From: a bacterium
GTDB lineage: Bacteria > UBA8248
DNA length: 64,000 nt
Direction: 5' to 3'
NCBI GenBank assembly: GCA_965207065.1
Contig: OZ242260.1
Coordinates: 736,001 to 800,000 of the forward strand
Shown: in pieces, positions 10,341-19,577 of the stretch
Layout of the letters: every line of letters begins with the position of its first letter
How positions within the stretch are numbered: the first letter of the stretch is position 1
Translations under genes and position numbers: made by a program
Notes under the pieces: model-generated
Told to the model about the DNA's origin: nothing
The model's database searches: none
What the model saw: only the letters and a program-made list of their open reading frames with translations

Positions 10341-11117
10341 ATGAAACTCGAAGGCAAAGTCGCATTCATCACGGGCGCATCCGGCGGCATCGGCGGCGCC
10401 ATCGCTCGCTCCTACGCCAGCGAGGGCGCGAACCTCGCCCTGGCCGCCCGTTCCGTGGACAAGCTCGAAGCGCTCGCCGGGGAGATAGAGGCCATGGGGC
10501 GAAAGGCGCTCGTCTGTCCTTGCGACGTTCTGAAGGACGAGGACATTCTCGATTCGCTGCGCAAAACGGTCGACGCGCTCGGCCCCATCGACATCTTGGT
10601 GAACAACGCGGGCATCGTGAGCTTCGAGGCGGTCCATGAGCTTCCCGACGAAGTTTGGGAGCGCACCATGCAAATCAACGCCAAGGCGCCGTTCACGGCG
10701 ATCCGAGAGGTATTGCCCTCGATGCTCGAGCGCAAATCGGGAAAGATCATCAACGTGGCGTCTGTTTCGGGGAAAATCGGCCTGGCTTACAGGAGCGCCT
10801 ATGCGGCGTCGAAACACGCCGTTCTGGGTCTCACCAAGGCGCTCTCCGCCGAAGTCGCCCCCTTCGGCATCACGGCGAACTGCATCTGCCCCACATTTGT
10901 CTCCACCGGCATGTTCGAGGAAAGCATCCAGAAATGGGCCGATGAAACGGGCAAGACCTTTGAAGAACAATCGGAGGAGCTCAGGAACAGGGTGCCGATG
11001 AAGCGCTTCATCGATCCGGAAGAATGCGCTCCGCTTGCGCTTCTTCTGGCGTGTGAGGACTCAGGCGGCATTACGGGCCAGGCCATCAACGTGGACGGCG
11101 GCTTCGTTCAATTCTAA
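10341..11117 (+). CDS. SDR oxidoreductase (3-hydroxybutyrate dehydrogenase-like)
   Basis: 258 aa; TGASGGIG, NNAG, YAASK. Confidence 0.9.
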   Translation: MKLEGKVAFITGASGGIGGAIARSYASEGANLALAARSVDKLEALAGEIEAMGRKALVCPCDVLKDEDILDSLRKTVDALGPIDILVNNAGIVSFEAVHELPDEVWERTMQINAKAPFTAIREVLPSMLERKSGKIINVASVSGKIGLAYRSAYAASKHAVLGLTKALSAEVAPFGITANCICPTFVSTGMFEESIQKWADETGKTFEEQSEELRNRVPMKRFIDPEECAPLALLLACEDSGGITGQAINVDGGFVQF

Positions 11118-11130
11118 ACGGGAGACCCGC

Positions 11131-11880
11131 ATGCGGCTGAAAGATAAGGCGGCCATCATCACGGGAGCGGGCAGCGGTCTGGGCGAGGCCATCGCCAGGC
11201 GCTTCGCGGCCGAGGGCGCGTCTTTACTCATCTGCGACAAAAAAGCCCGGGCCGTCCAGGCCCTCTCGGAGGAGCTATCCGTGCATGCGCCCGGCGTTCT
11301 GGCTTGTGAGGCCGACGTTTCGGATTCCGCCGCCGTGGGGGAGATGGTCGAGTCCTGCCTGAAGGCATTTGGACGAATCGACATTCTCATCAACAACGCG
11401 GGCATCTCACCCAAGAAGGGATATCTCGAATACACGGAAGCAGACTGGGACGCCGTGATCGACGTGAACCTGAAGGGAGAATACCTCTGCGCCCGCGCCG
11501 TCTCGGAGCACATGATGGAGAGGCGCTATGGCCGCATCGTCAATCTCTCATCATCCGCATGGCGTTCGGGCGGCTTTGCGGGCGGAATCCCCTACACATC
11601 GGCAAAAGCCGGCGTCATCGGCCTCACGCGCTCGCTCGCCAAAACGCTTGGGCCTTACGGCATCACCGTGAACGCCATCGCGCCCGGCCCCACGGCCACG
11701 CCGCTTACGGACGAATGGCTCCCCGCCCGCACCGATGAGATAGTGAAACAGATTCCACTCGGCCGCGTGGGCAAACCCCTGGACGTGGCCAACGCCGCGC
11801 TATTCCTGGCCTCGGACGAAGCGGAATACATCACGGGCATCTGCCTGGACGTGAACGGCGGCATCGCCATGGGTGGGTGA
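11131..11880 (+). CDS. SDR oxidoreductase (FabG-like)
   Basis: TGAGSGLG, NNAG, YTSAK; start reassigned to ATG 11131 after a GGGAG RBS. Confidence 0.9.
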   Translation: MRLKDKAAIITGAGSGLGEAIARRFAAEGASLLICDKKARAVQALSEELSVHAPGVLACEADVSDSAAVGEMVESCLKAFGRIDILINNAGISPKKGYLEYTEADWDAVIDVNLKGEYLCARAVSEHMMERRYGRIVNLSSSAWRSGGFAGGIPYTSAKAGVIGLTRSLAKTLGPYGITVNAIAPGPTATPLTDEWLPARTDEIVKQIPLGRVGKPLDVANAALFLASDEAEYITGICLDVNGGIAMGG

Positions 11881-11935
11881 TCCATCTAGATGAGACGGCG
11901 ACAAGATTTCGAGAATTATCCAGAGTAGTTTGATC

Positions 11936-12376
11936 TTAGGTAGAACCTTCCGGCGAAGTTATCGTTTGCTTCTCCTGCTCTGGCGAAGGTGATGCTTGAC
12001 GCCCCCCGAAATAAAATCCGATAACGGAACCGGCAAGAGTGCCGAAAGCGGTGATGACCTGCTCGAAATGATTCGGAAATACCCCAGCGCCAAATACCAA
12101 AATGTTTATGAACGAACCGACGATCAACAAAGCCAACATCGCCCGCACAGAACCTCTGGGAAAGTTCAAGCCCCTAAGAGATTTGGAAGATTCATCAGAT
12201 CGTCGAGCCCAATTTGCATAAAAGGGCGCCCCTATCAAAACCAGCAACACCAACAATAATTCAATCCAAAAAAGCGGTTCTTGAAGCCAAATGATTTCAG
12301 TAGCTTTATTTCCTGATTCAACCTGTTGGGTGGCGGCGTGCGCTATACTCGTAAACATGAGAAATCTCCTTCTCAT
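11936..12376 (-). CDS. Small membrane protein of unknown function (about 3 TM)
   Basis: 146 aa; PRGSVRAMLALLIVG and GSVIGFYFG segments; lies in a locally AT-richer stretch. Confidence 0.6.
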   Translation of the reverse strand: MRRRFLMFTSIAHAATQQVESGNKATEIIWLQEPLFWIELLLVLLVLIGAPFYANWARRSDESSKSLRGLNFPRGSVRAMLALLIVGSFINILVFGAGVFPNHFEQVITAFGTLAGSVIGFYFGGRQASPSPEQEKQTITSPEGST

Positions 12377-12696
12377 TCGTTCTATTCAACCGAGCAGTAT
12401 TGTCGATGAATTGTTGCGCTAATTCAAGGATGCGATTCCGTTGATAGTGGTGGCCTATTCAGGGCTTTTTTGTCATTGGCGAAATGGCAGTGATTCAAGC
12501 GCGCTCCAACGCTCCGCTTGCAATTTTCCGTCCTGCATGACACCCTTTTTCGGTTCATGAGTCATTGTTCGAGCATTCGTCGAGACAGCGCATTCTCCGC
12601 CACCTCATTGAGTTCGGGGAGATGGGTAGCGACATGTTATCGACATGAATTCAGAAAACCGAATCCGAGATATTACATATTGGAGAGGAGCCCGTC

Positions 12697-13854
12697 ATGA
12701 ACCTGCCTTTTGATGACAACAAGCTCAGCGCCTTGATGGAAGACCAGGGAGCGGACGTCGTTCTCGCCACTTCAAAGGAAAACGTCCGTTACCTGCTCGG
12801 CGGCTATCAATTCTTCTTTTTCGCCCACAAGGACGCCATCGGCGTAAGCCGCTACCAGCCGATAGTGGGCCTCCCCAAGGGTGCGCCCGATAAAGCGTTC
12901 TACATCGGAAACATCATGGAGGGCTGGCAGCAGGAAGTCGAACCCCTGTGGGTGCCCGAGAAGAGAAACAACCAGTGGCACACCGATCAGGCCGGCAAGG
13001 ACGCGGCCGATTTCATCCGCAGGCTCGGCCACGAGAAAGGCACCGTGGCGGTGGAGAAATGCTTCCTGCCGGCGGACTCATACGAGGCGCTTCAGGAGGA
13101 ATTGCCCGACGCGAAATTCATCGACGCCGTCTACCTGCTCGAGGAACTCCGGGCCGTGAAGCAGCCCCACGAACTCACCTTGCTCAAGGACGCTTCGGAA
13201 ACCATCGTCGAGTGCATGCTCGACGTCATGAAGAGCACTCCTCCGGGCACCACCATGTACGAGGTGGCGGACGAGATGAAAAAACTCGAGACCCAAAGGG
13301 GACTCGACTTCGAGTACTGCCTCACCTGCACGGGGCCCAGTTTCAACCGCGCCCCCTCGAACGCGACATGGGATGAGGGGAACATCCTCTCGCTCGATTC
13401 GGGCGGGAACAAGCAGGGATACCTGGGCGATCTTTGCCGCATGGCCGTTTTGGGAGAACCCACGACGCTCATGGAGGATTTGCTCGGTGAAATCCAGGCA
13501 GTGCAGACGGCCGCGCGCGCGGTCGTACGCCCGGGAGTCACGGGACAGGAAATCTACGACGCCGCTCTCAAAGAGCAGGCCAAATGCGAGCACGACGACC
13601 AGATGGTCTTCCTGGCGCATGGCATGGGCATCATCCAGCACGAAGCGCCGCACCTCACCTCCTCGGGCGTCGTGCCCTACCCCGCCACCTATGAGACCAG
13701 GGGTCTCGAACCCGGAATGGTGGTGTCCATCGAAACTGACATTAAAAACCCCGAAGTCGGCTTCGTGAAGCTCGAGGACACCGTGGTCGTCACCGAAGAC
13801 GGGTCGGTTGGCTACGGCGACGAAGGACGGGGCTGGAACCGAGGCGGCGCATAG
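12697..13854 (+). CDS. M24 family (Xaa-Pro peptidase / creatinase-fold) hydrolase
   Basis: 385 aa; LDSGG..GYLGDLCR, HGMG...HEAP, SIET, KLEDTVVV metal-ligand motifs. Confidence 0.85.
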   Translation: MNLPFDDNKLSALMEDQGADVVLATSKENVRYLLGGYQFFFFAHKDAIGVSRYQPIVGLPKGAPDKAFYIGNIMEGWQQEVEPLWVPEKRNNQWHTDQAGKDAADFIRRLGHEKGTVAVEKCFLPADSYEALQEELPDAKFIDAVYLLEELRAVKQPHELTLLKDASETIVECMLDVMKSTPPGTTMYEVADEMKKLETQRGLDFEYCLTCTGPSFNRAPSNATWDEGNILSLDSGGNKQGYLGDLCRMAVLGEPTTLMEDLLGEIQAVQTAARAVVRPGVTGQEIYDAALKEQAKCEHDDQMVFLAHGMGIIQHEAPHLTSSGVVPYPATYETRGLEPGMVVSIETDIKNPEVGFVKLEDTVVVTEDGSVGYGDEGRGWNRGGA

Positions 13855-13886
13855 ATTCCAATTCGTGAACGGTAAGGAAGAAGCAG

Positions 13887-15062
13887 GTGGATTTTCGTAT
13901 CAACCCCGAAAATAAAGATTTGCTCGAACGCGCGAAAGTCTACGCAAAGGAAATCCTGGCCCCGAGAGCCGAGAAAATCGACGAGGAAGGAATTTTTCCC
14001 CGCGAGAATTTCAACGATCTGGCCAAAGAGGGTTTCACCTCCCTGACGCTTCCAAAAGACCTGGGCGGCAGAGACCTCTACGAGGACACCGCCACCTACT
14101 CGATGGTCCTCTACGAATTGTCCAAGGGCTGTACCAATACGGCCATGCTATTCCATATGCACAGCTCCATCTCGCACGTCATCACCTATCTGGGAACGGA
14201 TGAGCAAAAGCACAGGTACGGCGAAATCATAAGAAGCGGAAAAATCATCGCGAGCTACGCGAGCGAGAACACCTCGAGCCTCCACGGCGTCTGGCGCATG
14301 GAGACCAAGGCGATTCGGGACGGCGACGTATACCGGATCAACGGCAGGAAATACTTCTGCTCCATGGCCGGCGAGGCGGATTACTACGTGCTTTGGGTGC
14401 AGCTCGAAGGGGAGGAAGACCTTACGAAAAGCCTGGGGCTCCTCATCGCTCCCTCGGACAATCCCGGCTTCAAGATAGATCAGGAGTGGAACTCCTTCGC
14501 CATGCGCGGAACGATGAGCCACTCGATGATATACGACGACGTGAAGATACCGGTGGAGGATCTGGTGGGCCGGGGCGGAGACCCGATACGCCCGGACGTT
14601 CTGCCCAAGTTCGGTTTCGGCTATTCCGCCGTCTACCTGGGCGCCGGCGGCGGCGCCTTCGACTGGGTGGTCAACTACGCGCAAACCCGAAAGCTCATGC
14701 CAGACAACGTGCCCATCGCCTCTTATCCCGCCATACAGCGCCAGATAGGGGAGATGAAAATAGCGCTCGAGGGGGCGATTCTCATGCTCCAGAGAGCGGG
14801 CTGGATGATCAACGCCCACGGCGCGGACAAAGCGTACGGCGCCATCAACGAGGCGAAATACGTTTGCGCGGAAGCGTCCGCCTTCATTACGGAAAAAGCG
14901 ATCAAGGTCGCCGGCGGCCCGGGACTGTTCCGGCACAATCCGCTACAGCGCTTTCACCGCGAGGCGAGAGCCGGCCTCATCATGCCGCCCAACACGGAAA
15001 AGTGCCTGGAACTCACCGCCAAAACCGTGCTCGAGGGCAGTGCGAACATGCTGGGCTCATAA
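13887..15062 (+). CDS. Acyl-CoA dehydrogenase-fold flavoprotein, paralog 1
   Basis: 391 aa; INGRKYFCS, AMRGTMSH, YSAVYLG, PLQRFHREA. Confidence 0.85.
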   Translation: MDFRINPENKDLLERAKVYAKEILAPRAEKIDEEGIFPRENFNDLAKEGFTSLTLPKDLGGRDLYEDTATYSMVLYELSKGCTNTAMLFHMHSSISHVITYLGTDEQKHRYGEIIRSGKIIASYASENTSSLHGVWRMETKAIRDGDVYRINGRKYFCSMAGEADYYVLWVQLEGEEDLTKSLGLLIAPSDNPGFKIDQEWNSFAMRGTMSHSMIYDDVKIPVEDLVGRGGDPIRPDVLPKFGFGYSAVYLGAGGGAFDWVVNYAQTRKLMPDNVPIASYPAIQRQIGEMKIALEGAILMLQRAGWMINAHGADKAYGAINEAKYVCAEASAFITEKAIKVAGGPGLFRHNPLQRFHREARAGLIMPPNTEKCLELTAKTVLEGSANMLGS

Positions 15063-15082
15063 CCGATGGAGGAAAATCGCCG

Positions 15083-16654
15083 ATGAGTGAAAACGCGAAA
15101 CTTCCTCCCTATTTCCGTCCCCCGCTCGAATATCCCGATTACGCGTTCCACGGCCTGCTCAAGACGGCGTGCGCGCGCCGCCCGGACGCAATCGCCCTGG
15201 TGGACGGGGATATCCACATGAGCTTCCGGGAACTCGACGTACTCTCGAACGCCTGCGCCCGCGCCATGCTCACCGAGGGTATCGGAATCGGGGACCGCGT
15301 CGGCCTGTTCCTGCCGAATTCAGCCGAATTCGAAATCGCCGCTTTCGGCGCATCGAAGATAGGCGCCGTCTTCACGCCGATGAACCCCGCCTACAAGAAA
15401 ACCGAGGCTGCTTATCAGCTAAGCGATTCGGGCGCTAAGATTCTGATCACAACGGCGGAGGGAGCCGCCGTGGTTCGAGAAGTGCAGAAAAACCTCCCGA
15501 CGCTTGAATCCGTCATCGTCACGGATGAGGATGGGGGAGACATTCGCTTCAATGAGTGGATAGGCGGGCACTCGCCTGAGAACCTGCCAGAGCCTGAAAT
15601 CGACTTTGCCCAGGATTTAATCGCCCTGCCCTATTCGAGCGGCACGACGGGTCTTCCCAAGGGCGTGATGCTCACCCACAGGAATCTGGTGTCGAACTAC
15701 CACCAGTGCGTGGCGAACCATCAAATCACGGACCGGGATTCGGGCCTCCTGTTCCTGCCGCTTTATCACATCTACGGCGCGCTGATCATGGGTTCGCTGA
15801 TTCTCGCAGGCGCCACCCATGTATTGATGAATCGCTTCACCGTGCCTGACGCCCTGCGTCTCGTGGAAGAACACAAGCTCACACTCTTCTTTGGCGTACC
15901 GCCTGCGCTCCTGGCGATCGCGCATCATGAAAATCTGGGCGACTACGACCTTTCCTCCCTGAGGTACATCATGAGCGGGGCGGCACCCCTGCCGCCCGAG
16001 GTGAGACGCATCGTGCAGGAAAGGACGGGCGTACTCACCTTCATGGGCTACGGACTGACCGAAGCCTCGCCTCTCACGCACCTGAACCCTCCGGTGGAGG
16101 CTCTCATCCGGGAAGAGTCCGTAGGGCCTCCCGTCTCCGATCAAGAACAGAAAATCGTCGACGTCGAGACGGGAACAAAAGAACTGCCCGTGGGCGAGGC
16201 GGGCGAGTTGATCATCAAGGGTCCCCACATCATGAAGGGCTACTGGAACGCGCCCGAGGCCACGGCCGAGGCGCTGCGTGACGGCTGGCTCCATACGGGC
16301 GACATCGGGCGGGTGGACGAGCAGGGCTACGTCTATCTGATGGACAGGAAAAAGGAGATGATCAAATACAAGGGCTTCTCCGTCGCGCCCGCCGAGCTGG
16401 AAGCCTGTCTGCACCTACACCCCGACGTTGCGGACGCGGCTGTCGTCCCCCGCGAGGACCCCGCAGCGGGTGAAATTCCGATGGCCTTCGTGGTTCCCAA
16501 AGAAGGCGTCCAGATCGACGAAGAGGCCTTGATGGAATTCGTGAACGAAAAAGTCGCGGGCTACAAGCAAATTCGCGCGGTGGCCTTTATCGACGCAATC
16601 CCGAAATCGGGCAGCGGGAAAATACTGCGCCGCTTACTGAAAGAACAAACATAA
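15083..16654 (+). CDS. AMP-forming acyl/aryl-CoA ligase (4-coumarate-CoA ligase-like)
   Basis: YSSGTTGLPKG, GYGLTE, LHTGDIG, PKSGSGKILRR; start reassigned to ATG 15083 after GGAGG. Confidence 0.9.
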   Translation: MSENAKLPPYFRPPLEYPDYAFHGLLKTACARRPDAIALVDGDIHMSFRELDVLSNACARAMLTEGIGIGDRVGLFLPNSAEFEIAAFGASKIGAVFTPMNPAYKKTEAAYQLSDSGAKILITTAEGAAVVREVQKNLPTLESVIVTDEDGGDIRFNEWIGGHSPENLPEPEIDFAQDLIALPYSSGTTGLPKGVMLTHRNLVSNYHQCVANHQITDRDSGLLFLPLYHIYGALIMGSLILAGATHVLMNRFTVPDALRLVEEHKLTLFFGVPPALLAIAHHENLGDYDLSSLRYIMSGAAPLPPEVRRIVQERTGVLTFMGYGLTEASPLTHLNPPVEALIREESVGPPVSDQEQKIVDVETGTKELPVGEAGELIIKGPHIMKGYWNAPEATAEALRDGWLHTGDIGRVDEQGYVYLMDRKKEMIKYKGFSVAPAELEACLHLHPDVADAAVVPREDPAAGEIPMAFVVPKEGVQIDEEALMEFVNEKVAGYKQIRAVAFIDAIPKSGSGKILRRLLKEQT

Positions 16655-16691
16655 AATTCGTTTTCATTTTCAAACTCTTTAACGAGAATTC

Positions 16692-17867
16692 ATGGACCTA
16701 CGCCTAAACCCGAAAATCGAGACCCTGATCGCCCAAGCCAGAGAACTCGCTCAAAACGTACTGGCCCTTTACGCTGACCAATGCGATCAGGAACAGCGCT
16801 TTCCGCGAGAGAGTTTCGACGCCTTGACTCGGGAGGGCTTCACGCGCCTCACGCTGCCCGAGTCCTACGGCGGACAAGCGCTCTGGAGCGACCCCGTCTG
16901 CTACGCCATGGTGTTTCACGAACTGAGCAAGGGCTGCACGAACACCGCCATGACGCTGCACATGCACAGCTCGATTCTATATTTTCTCCTCACACTCTCC
17001 GATGAAGAGCAAAAAAACCGCTTCGCAGAGGCGGCTGCGAACGGCGCCATCTTCGGCAGCCATGCAGGCGAGGCGGCCTCCAGCCCCCAGTGGAACCGCA
17101 CCATCACCACGCGCGCACGCAAGGAGGGCGATGTATACGTCATCAACGGCCAGAAGTATTTTTGCTCCATGGCCGGGGAGGCGGATTATTACGTGCTCTG
17201 GTGCCTGCTCGAAGGAGTGGAGGAACTCCAAGCCGGCCTGCGCTGGGCGGTTCTGGACAAAAACCTCTCCGGCATCACTATCCCGAGCCGCTGGGACGCC
17301 TTCGCCATGCGGGGCACGGCCAGCCACTCGCTCGCCTATGAGGACGTGCGGGTTCCGGCACGCAACATCGTCGGCACGGGTGAGGGTATCCTCCAGCCCG
17401 ATTTCGTGCCCCGGTTCGGCCTGGGATACTCCGCCGTCTATCTGGGCGCGGGCGCCGCCGCGCTGGACTGGATTGTGGACTACGCACTCAATCGCAAACT
17501 CCTGCCCGACAACGTGCCTATCGCGAGCTACCCGGCGATTCAGCGCCAGATCGGGGAGATGAAAATTGCTTACGAAACCGCGCTCATCATGATCCAGAAA
17601 GCCGCCTGGGTGCTGGAGACCCAGGGCGCAGCCAAGGCCATTCCCTTCATCAACGAGGCGAAATACACCGCTTCGGAAGCGGCGGCTTCCATGACGGAAA
17701 AGGCGCTCAAAATCGCGGGCGGACCCGGCCTGATGAACGACAAGCCGCTCCAGCGTTTCCACCGCGACGCCAGGGCCGCGCTGGTGATGCCTCCCAGTAC
17801 GGAGAAGTGTCTGCAAATGGCGTCGAACTTCGTTTTGAGTCAAAATGAGGCGGCATCCATCTTCTAA
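16692..17867 (+). CDS. Acyl-CoA dehydrogenase-fold flavoprotein, paralog 2
   Basis: 391 aa; shares ELSKGCTNTAM, KYFCSMAGEADYYVLW and DNVPIASYPAIQRQIGEMKIA with the 13887 gene. Confidence 0.85.
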   Translation: MDLRLNPKIETLIAQARELAQNVLALYADQCDQEQRFPRESFDALTREGFTRLTLPESYGGQALWSDPVCYAMVFHELSKGCTNTAMTLHMHSSILYFLLTLSDEEQKNRFAEAAANGAIFGSHAGEAASSPQWNRTITTRARKEGDVYVINGQKYFCSMAGEADYYVLWCLLEGVEELQAGLRWAVLDKNLSGITIPSRWDAFAMRGTASHSLAYEDVRVPARNIVGTGEGILQPDFVPRFGLGYSAVYLGAGAAALDWIVDYALNRKLLPDNVPIASYPAIQRQIGEMKIAYETALIMIQKAAWVLETQGAAKAIPFINEAKYTASEAAASMTEKALKIAGGPGLMNDKPLQRFHRDARAALVMPPSTEKCLQMASNFVLSQNEAASIF

Positions 17868-17897
17868 GTCCAATAAAATTCTCGTGAGGGAGAGCGC

Positions 17898-19571
17898 ATG
17901 AAAAGCGGCAACGGCTCCGACCTGTTCCTGGAAACACTCATCGACGAGGGTGTCTATTGCATGTTCGGCAACCCGGGCACCACCGAACTGCCCCTCATGG
18001 ACGCGCTGGTGAACGAGAGCAGGCTCGATTACATCCTCTGCCTCCAGGAGTCCGTCACCATCGGCGCGGCGGAGGGCTACGCCTACGCCACCGGCGGCGT
18101 GGGCGTGGTGAACCTCCACGTGGCGCCCGGCCTCGGCAACGCCATGGGCATGCTCTACAACATCAAACGTGCCGGCACGCCACTCATCGTCACGGCGGGT
18201 AACCAGGGCCAGCGCGGCCAACTCTCCGAGCCCGTGCTCTGGGACGATTTGCCGCGCATGGCGGAGCCGCTCACCAAATGGTCCTACGAGGTGCGCCGGG
18301 TGGAGGATCTGGAGCAAAGCGTCCGCCGGGCGATAAAATACGCGCTCACGCCGCCCACGGGTCCGGTCTTCCTCTCATTGCCCGGTGACGTCATGCTCGC
18401 GGAGACGGGAGGCCTCACGGGCCGTCCCACGCGGCTTTCGAGCGCGTTTCCCGCGCCTGCGGAATCCATCGAACGCGCGGCGCAGATGCTCGCCGAAGCC
18501 GAGAACCCCTACATCGTCACCGGTTCGCGCGTCACCCGCTCGGGTGCGGTGGACGAAGTCGCCCGGCTGGCGGAGCGCATCGGGGCGAAGGTGTTTTCCG
18601 ACAACCGTCCCAATTCCCTCTCGGTCTCCCTCACCCATCCCCTGTACGCGGGAGAACTCCTGAACACCATCGAACCGCTGCTGGACCAGATAGAAGACGC
18701 GGACGTCGTGTTCTTCATCGGCACGGAGACCTACACCTTCTCCTTCCCGCCGGAAGGTCCGCTGGCCCCGCGCGGCGCGCGGATCATTCACCTGGACCTG
18801 GACCCCTGGGAGATCGGCAAGAACTTCCCCGTCGACGTCGCCATGCTGGGAGACCCGAAGACCACGCTCGTCGAACTCACCGGGGCGGTGGAGAAGAAAC
18901 TGGGTGAGGCGGGCATCCATAGCGCGGGAGAGCGCCGCGCGTGGCTCGAGAAGGAACTGGCGGCCTCCAGAAGAGAGATCGCCCCCAAGGCAGGCGACGA
19001 CAGCGGCACCCTGACGAAAGAAACATTCCAGGCCGCTTTCGGTGAAGCTCTGCCCCAAGGGACGGCGCTGGTGGATGAATCCCTCACCATGGGGCACGGG
19101 GGCGGCTTGAAAAGCGCGATAGCGGGGAAGGTAGATTCGCTGTTCGGCATGAAGGGAGGCGGCATCGGCCTGGGCCTGCCCAGCGCGCTGGGCGTCAAGA
19201 AAGCCCTGCCCGATACGCCCGTGGTCTGCCTCTCGGGAGACGGCTCCGCGATGTACGCCATTCAGGCGCTCTGGAGCGCCGCGAAATACGACCTGGACGC
19301 CGTGTTCGTGATTCTGAACAACAAGAGCTACCGCATCCTCAAAGAGCGAGTCCTGAGGCTCGACGGCAAGACGCAGGAGTACCGGCAATTCGTCGCCATG
19401 GATTTCAAGGAGCCCGAACTCGATTTCATCCAGATGGCGCATTCCATGGGCGTGGACGCCATCCGGGCGAAAACGCCGGCGGAACTCAAAGAGGCCATGG
19501 GAAAAGGACTGGCGAGCGGCAAGCCGTACCTGATCGACGCCCACATCGAATACGAACGCCTGGAGAATTAA
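17898..19571 (+). CDS. TPP-dependent decarboxylase, benzoylformate decarboxylase-like
   Basis: 557 aa; FGNPGTTELP, NLHVAPGLGNAMG, GDGSAMY...NN TPP motif. Confidence 0.85.
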   Translation: MKSGNGSDLFLETLIDEGVYCMFGNPGTTELPLMDALVNESRLDYILCLQESVTIGAAEGYAYATGGVGVVNLHVAPGLGNAMGMLYNIKRAGTPLIVTAGNQGQRGQLSEPVLWDDLPRMAEPLTKWSYEVRRVEDLEQSVRRAIKYALTPPTGPVFLSLPGDVMLAETGGLTGRPTRLSSAFPAPAESIERAAQMLAEAENPYIVTGSRVTRSGAVDEVARLAERIGAKVFSDNRPNSLSVSLTHPLYAGELLNTIEPLLDQIEDADVVFFIGTETYTFSFPPEGPLAPRGARIIHLDLDPWEIGKNFPVDVAMLGDPKTTLVELTGAVEKKLGEAGIHSAGERRAWLEKELAASRREIAPKAGDDSGTLTKETFQAAFGEALPQGTALVDESLTMGHGGGLKSAIAGKVDSLFGMKGGGIGLGLPSALGVKKALPDTPVVCLSGDGSAMYAIQALWSAAKYDLDAVFVILNNKSYRILKERVLRLDGKTQEYRQFVAMDFKEPELDFIQMAHSMGVDAIRAKTPAELKEAMGKGLASGKPYLIDAHIEYERLEN

Positions 19572-19577
19572 GGGCGC

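Noticed and set aside
12604-12612. CTCATTGAG upstream of the 12697 operon as a third site of the spacer palindrome
   Set aside because: A single 9-mer is expected by chance in 64 kb, and the adjacent hairpin context is missing
14393-16654. ORF-track long versions (753 aa at 14393, 693 aa at 23739, and extensions at 11035, 38989, 48584, 49687, 55303)
   Set aside because: The extensions overlap upstream genes or non-coding repeats, or lack family similarity; internal starts, most with an RBS, fit the family N-termini
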